From contig CM120648.1 in assembly GCA_051362555.1 (NCBI GenBank), positions 5,080,587-5,144,586 of the forward strand: DNA of 64,000 nt, read 5' to 3'. The notes beneath the pieces were generated by a model that worked only from the letters and a program-made list of their open reading frames with translations, was not told where the DNA came from and searched no databases. Source of the stretch: Lingula anatina. Its lineage: Eukaryota > Animalia > Brachiopoda. Of the stretch, positions 60,205 to 64,000 are shown in pieces. The first letter of the stretch is position 1; each line of letters opens with the position of its first letter. Both the position numbers and the translations under genes were made by a program.

Positions 60205-62206
60205 TCATGGGCCCCAGCCCAGCCAGAGCACACCTATCAGTACTATGAGCTCTGTCACGGCGGGGAAGGCGCTGCAGAATCCAAACACATACCAGTAGTT
60301 GTCACATGGCCAAGCGTCAAACAGGAAGTAGGCGAGAGTTACAGCCGCGCTTGCATGGGCTGCAGTTGCTGATTGGATGAGTCAAGGTTATTTTTAAAAT
60401 TTTGCACATACTGAGTAAAAAACATTTTAAAAACAGAATTAATCTGTTCTCGAAGTTGCTCGAACATGTGAAGACATTTACGCTACTAGAGATGAAATGA
60501 CAAGTTAAAAGATTATTACATTAATGAATGAATGCTACTACTAAAATGAAAATAATCATTCAGATAACTAAGCCAAGGGTAAGTACTTTGCTAATTTTAT
60601 TTAGCAATTATTATAGTAAAAATCTCCCATTTCATTAACACTGTCATTTCATGGTGCATTCAATATCCTTTCATAAGTGGTATGTAATGAAGGCACACCA
60701 AAAGTGAGCACTGTTTTACATCCCATTTCCATAGATTAGATCGACCTACTTTAGATCGACCTAACTCCCTGGGGGTTCACGCTAAATAGCTGTCAGCCGG
60801 GCGGACACGAAAGTTAATTACCCCTTACAGCTTGTAGTAGGCGGGACGGACATTTAAGTCGGATTATCTGAAAGTAATCTAGTGAGACTCCCCCCCGGGG
60901 ATAGATCGATCTAAAATCTATGGGAATAGAGCCTTAGTGATGATATATCTCAAAATCACAAAAGGGCAAAAATAAGCACCCAGCAAAATGTGAGCATCAT
61001 TGTGTTAGAGAAGCATTCTGGTTGTGACAAGCACAATCAAGGATACAGATCATCCCCTGTGTGTACATGAACATGCTGAAGCCAGAGAGGAACCCCACCA
61101 ACTCCAGGGCAAAGAATGCCATTGTTATAGACAGTGCCACTATCAACCTGGAAAATAAAAATATAAAAGTTGCTGATATTTATGTCCTGAGAAGTTTACA
61201 GGGGTGATGGAAATCCTGGACCTCCTGTTACATAATATATAACACAAAATAAAATAGAAACTAATTCAAATAACAGTTCCATGTGTCAAATTTAAAAAGT
61301 TGAATGTAAATAGCAACACACACACTGAAGAGCCCTGCAAAATTATTATGTAAGTTGAATTAATATATGTAATACAAAAATACTAAACTTTTTTTACTTT
61401 TTAAAGTATAAATATATTACTTACTTTCAATCAACCTTTCACAGTGTAAAATACCTTAACTTAAGCCCTCTTTTTAATTAAATCTTATGGGCTCCGGATA
61501 GTCCTGTCATTCAGAAAAACAAAACATCTCCTGCATAACTTACTCTGTGTCTTTTGCAGTGTATGCATCTGGACTGTACTGTATTGGTAAACATGACTTC
61601 ACATTTTCATCCTGAAAAAAATAAAAATAAAAATAAATAAATAAAAAATAAATAAATAAATAAAAACTTTCAAGTTTTAAGAAATAAAAAAAAGTAATTT
61701 TCAATATATATTTATTACTTTTTTTATTTCTTAAAACTAAAAAAAAAATATATATATATATATTGAAAATTACTTTTTTTATTTCTTAAAACTTGAAAAA
61801 AGTAATTTTCAATATATATTTATTAGTTTTCTTTATCTTGAAAGAATTTTCACATTATCCACCAAATAATATTTTATTAATAATCATAGAGTCACTGTAC
61901 TAATACATGTATGTACTAACATTTACTGAAACTGCACATTTTAACGAAGAAATTATTTCAGTAGTAAAACTCGTTTTACTGTTGACGCTACTTTACGTCT
62001 ATTTTTCTCTAAACTATTCAACCACACCCTGGTTAATTTATCAAATGTTGACAAACCAAAGATAAAAAAGGGGGACTGCAACTTTGAAAAGAAAATGTAC
62101 ATCTGTAAGCTAAATGTCTTACCCTGGACCAGAAAATGGTAATCGTAATCACCAGGTGCGCTATGAGCGTCAAAAACCGCGCCGGAACTATGCCACTGAT
62201 TGCCAT
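60205..62206 (-). CDS. TMEM107: Transmembrane protein 107 (ciliary transition zone, MKS module)
   Basis: Exons 62206-62123, 61611-61544, 61147-61047, 60368-60205. MAISGIVPARFLTLIAHLVITITIFWSR|DENVKSCLP...LIVALSITMAFFALELVGFLSGFSMF...STAAHASAAVTLAYFLFDAWPCDNYWYVFGFCSAFPAVTE; collinear with the recalled human TMEM107 (GLVPSRFLTLLAHL...FWSRD...GFLSGVSMF...YWYIFVFCSALPAVTE). Absent from the ORF track. Confidence 0.96.
60369..61046 (-). other. U12-type (minor spliceosome) GT-AG intron of TMEM107
   Basis: 5' splice site GTATCCTTG; branch point AACCTTGAC ending 12 nt before the exon; no polypyrimidine tract. Confidence 0.88.
60722..60932. mobile_element. Palindromic MITE family C copy inside the U12 intron
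   Basis: tagatcgacctaactccctggggg...agtgagactccccccggggatagatcgatcta...tgggaat, similar to the 49693 copy. Confidence 0.7.
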
Positions 62207-62616
62207 AATAGAGGGTCACGGTAAGTCAGACATCAGAGACATAAAAGTTATCTTTTCAGTGTTAAAAGACTCATCGATCAACACTTCTGCCTCCGTGGTT
62301 CACAATCACATCTTCCTGACGTCAATATTCTAAAATAATTAAAAGGTGGAAGTCAATCAGCTAGACTATCAATTAACAATATACTGAAGTATGCAACGGT
62401 GAATTTTGAGTTAAAACACGTCAAACCGCTCCAAGTTGTGCGAACAATGTTGACCGAAACCCACGGTTGTCACTGAAAACAAAGCTCATAATTTCCCGGC
62501 CATTTTGGAATGTACGACGTCATGTGACTTCCTGCGAGAAAATCGGGTAGGTTCCGAGATCGACCTACCACGCAAGCGCAATCAAAGGTCCACGTAGGTT
62601 CCTCCAACACGGCAAA
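62207..62616. promoter_or_regulatory. Bidirectional promoter TMEM107/COPB2
   Basis: ATGs 411 bp apart, divergent. TGACGTCA (CRE, 62317-62324), X-box-like GTTGTCACTGAAAAC (62466-62480), YY1-like GGCCATTTT (62498-62506), GTCATGTGAC + ACTTCCTG (62519-62534). Confidence 0.7.
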
Positions 62617-63997
62617 ATGGTAAGAAACTAACATTTTAAGAGCATTAACGTTGTAATTAAAGACATTTTCGCGTTAAGTTTGTTTGTGAAGTCGCTGTAC
62701 AATACGATCTAGGATATGCAGTGTTTTGCGACCCACTACATTGCATACTGCGAGCGTTTTGATCGACTGTTCAACACACTCGCCGGCAAAATAAGGACTC
62801 CTTGCCAAGACTGACACTTGTTCTGCCAATATTTCAAGAGACTAGTCGGGTTTAAGTGTTTGTTTTATATAGTTAAACGTTTTAGTCGCGTATCTGCTAA
62901 GCCCAGTAAAGACGATAGTATGGTAAGACACGATTTGTTTTTAATTTATTTATTTATATTGAAATGGCAAGCGCCCCGTAAGCGAATTTATAGTGTGGAT
63001 ATTCATGTTTCAGTGATTTCAATATTGTTGCAGTCTCACATGGTTTTCATTCACTAATCATGTCTCAAATTTAAAAAAAAATCCGTTTGTTTCACAGTGC
63101 CTTAAACATACTTCATGAATTTTAATGCAATATTTTGCATTTCAATTTGTTTTTAAAAGTATATTTGTACATACCAAAATATTTTGATATAAGATAAGCC
63201 TACCTCCATCTATATTTGTGTTTTTTCCTAAATTCATAAGTGTTACCCTTATATTGTTAAAGTCTTTTCATATAAATACAGTCTTGTCTATATTCTTTCT
63301 ATACGGTACATCACAAAACATCACAATTATATTCTTTCAGCCCCTTAGGTTGGACATAAAGAGGAAGCTTTCAGCTCGGTCAGACCGAGTGAAAAGTGTA
63401 GACCTTCACCCTACTGAACCATGGATGTTAGCTAGTTTATACAATGGAAATGTACATGTATGGAATCATGAGTCACAGGTGAGGAAACAAGATACAATGT
63501 GAGCAGAAATGTTCATTAGCTTGGTAGTTTGTTCATACAGTATTTTCTACCTTTTCAACCATTCATGAAAGGGCCGTCATTATTTGGCCCAATCATGAGA
63601 TTCAGACAAATTAGGCATGTGATTAAGGCCCTTTAGTCTGTGTCATCGATAAAAAAAATATTAGTTTCTCTTCAGAAACAGTTTATTTTCTTACTATCAT
63701 TACACAAGAGACAGTGTTAAACCTAATTTATGAAAGGGACAATAAATGTGGCTATTTAGTATATTTGATTACTTTTTATCAGTTTAGTAAGTTTGGCTGC
63801 ACTTTAAAGAAAATTACATTAAAATTTCAGACCTTAATCAAGACATTTGAAGTGTGTGACCAGCCAGTGCGTGCTGCTTGCTTTGTCGCAAGAAAAAACT
63901 GGGTCATCACAGGCTCTGACGACATGCAGGTGAGAGTGTTCAACTACAACACGCTGGAACGGGTGCATCAGTTCGAAGCCCACTCGGATTACGTCAG
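62617..63997 (+). CDS. COPB2: Coatomer subunit beta-prime, 3'-truncated by the window edge
   Basis: ATG-only first coding exon (62617-62619, AAAATG|GTAAGA), then 63341-63478 and 63831-~63997. [47 protein letters not shown]|[56 protein letters not shown]. Confidence 0.97.
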
Positions 63998-64000
63998 GTG

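Overview
Eukaryotic, AT-rich, intron-rich animal genomic DNA, probably an invertebrate (lophotrochozoan-like microsatellites and MITEs; species not determinable from sequence alone). No prokaryotic features. I assembled ten genes by hand from splice sites and phase. In order: enolase (+, 5'-truncated), ELP5 (-), NUDT8 with a long N-terminal extension (+), CFAP107/C1orf158 (-), MRPS22 (+), a Star-like FkbM methyltransferase (-), an uncharacterised ~710-aa helical-repeat/TPR/MYND-finger gene (+), a single-coding-exon FN3 type-I membrane protein gene (-) nested in a ~23.3-kb intron of that gene, TMEM107 (-, with a U12-type intron), and COPB2 (+, 3'-truncated). The nine non-nested genes alternate strictly in strand, giving four head-to-head pairs. 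Introns carry several MITE families, three of them with 5-bp target-site duplications, plus hairpin elements, minisatellites and microsatellites. The most novel candidate is the ARM-like/TPR(carboxylate clamp)/MYND gene with its nested antisense FN3 receptor-like gene. All gene models are manual predictions without transcript support, and the human comparisons are from memory.
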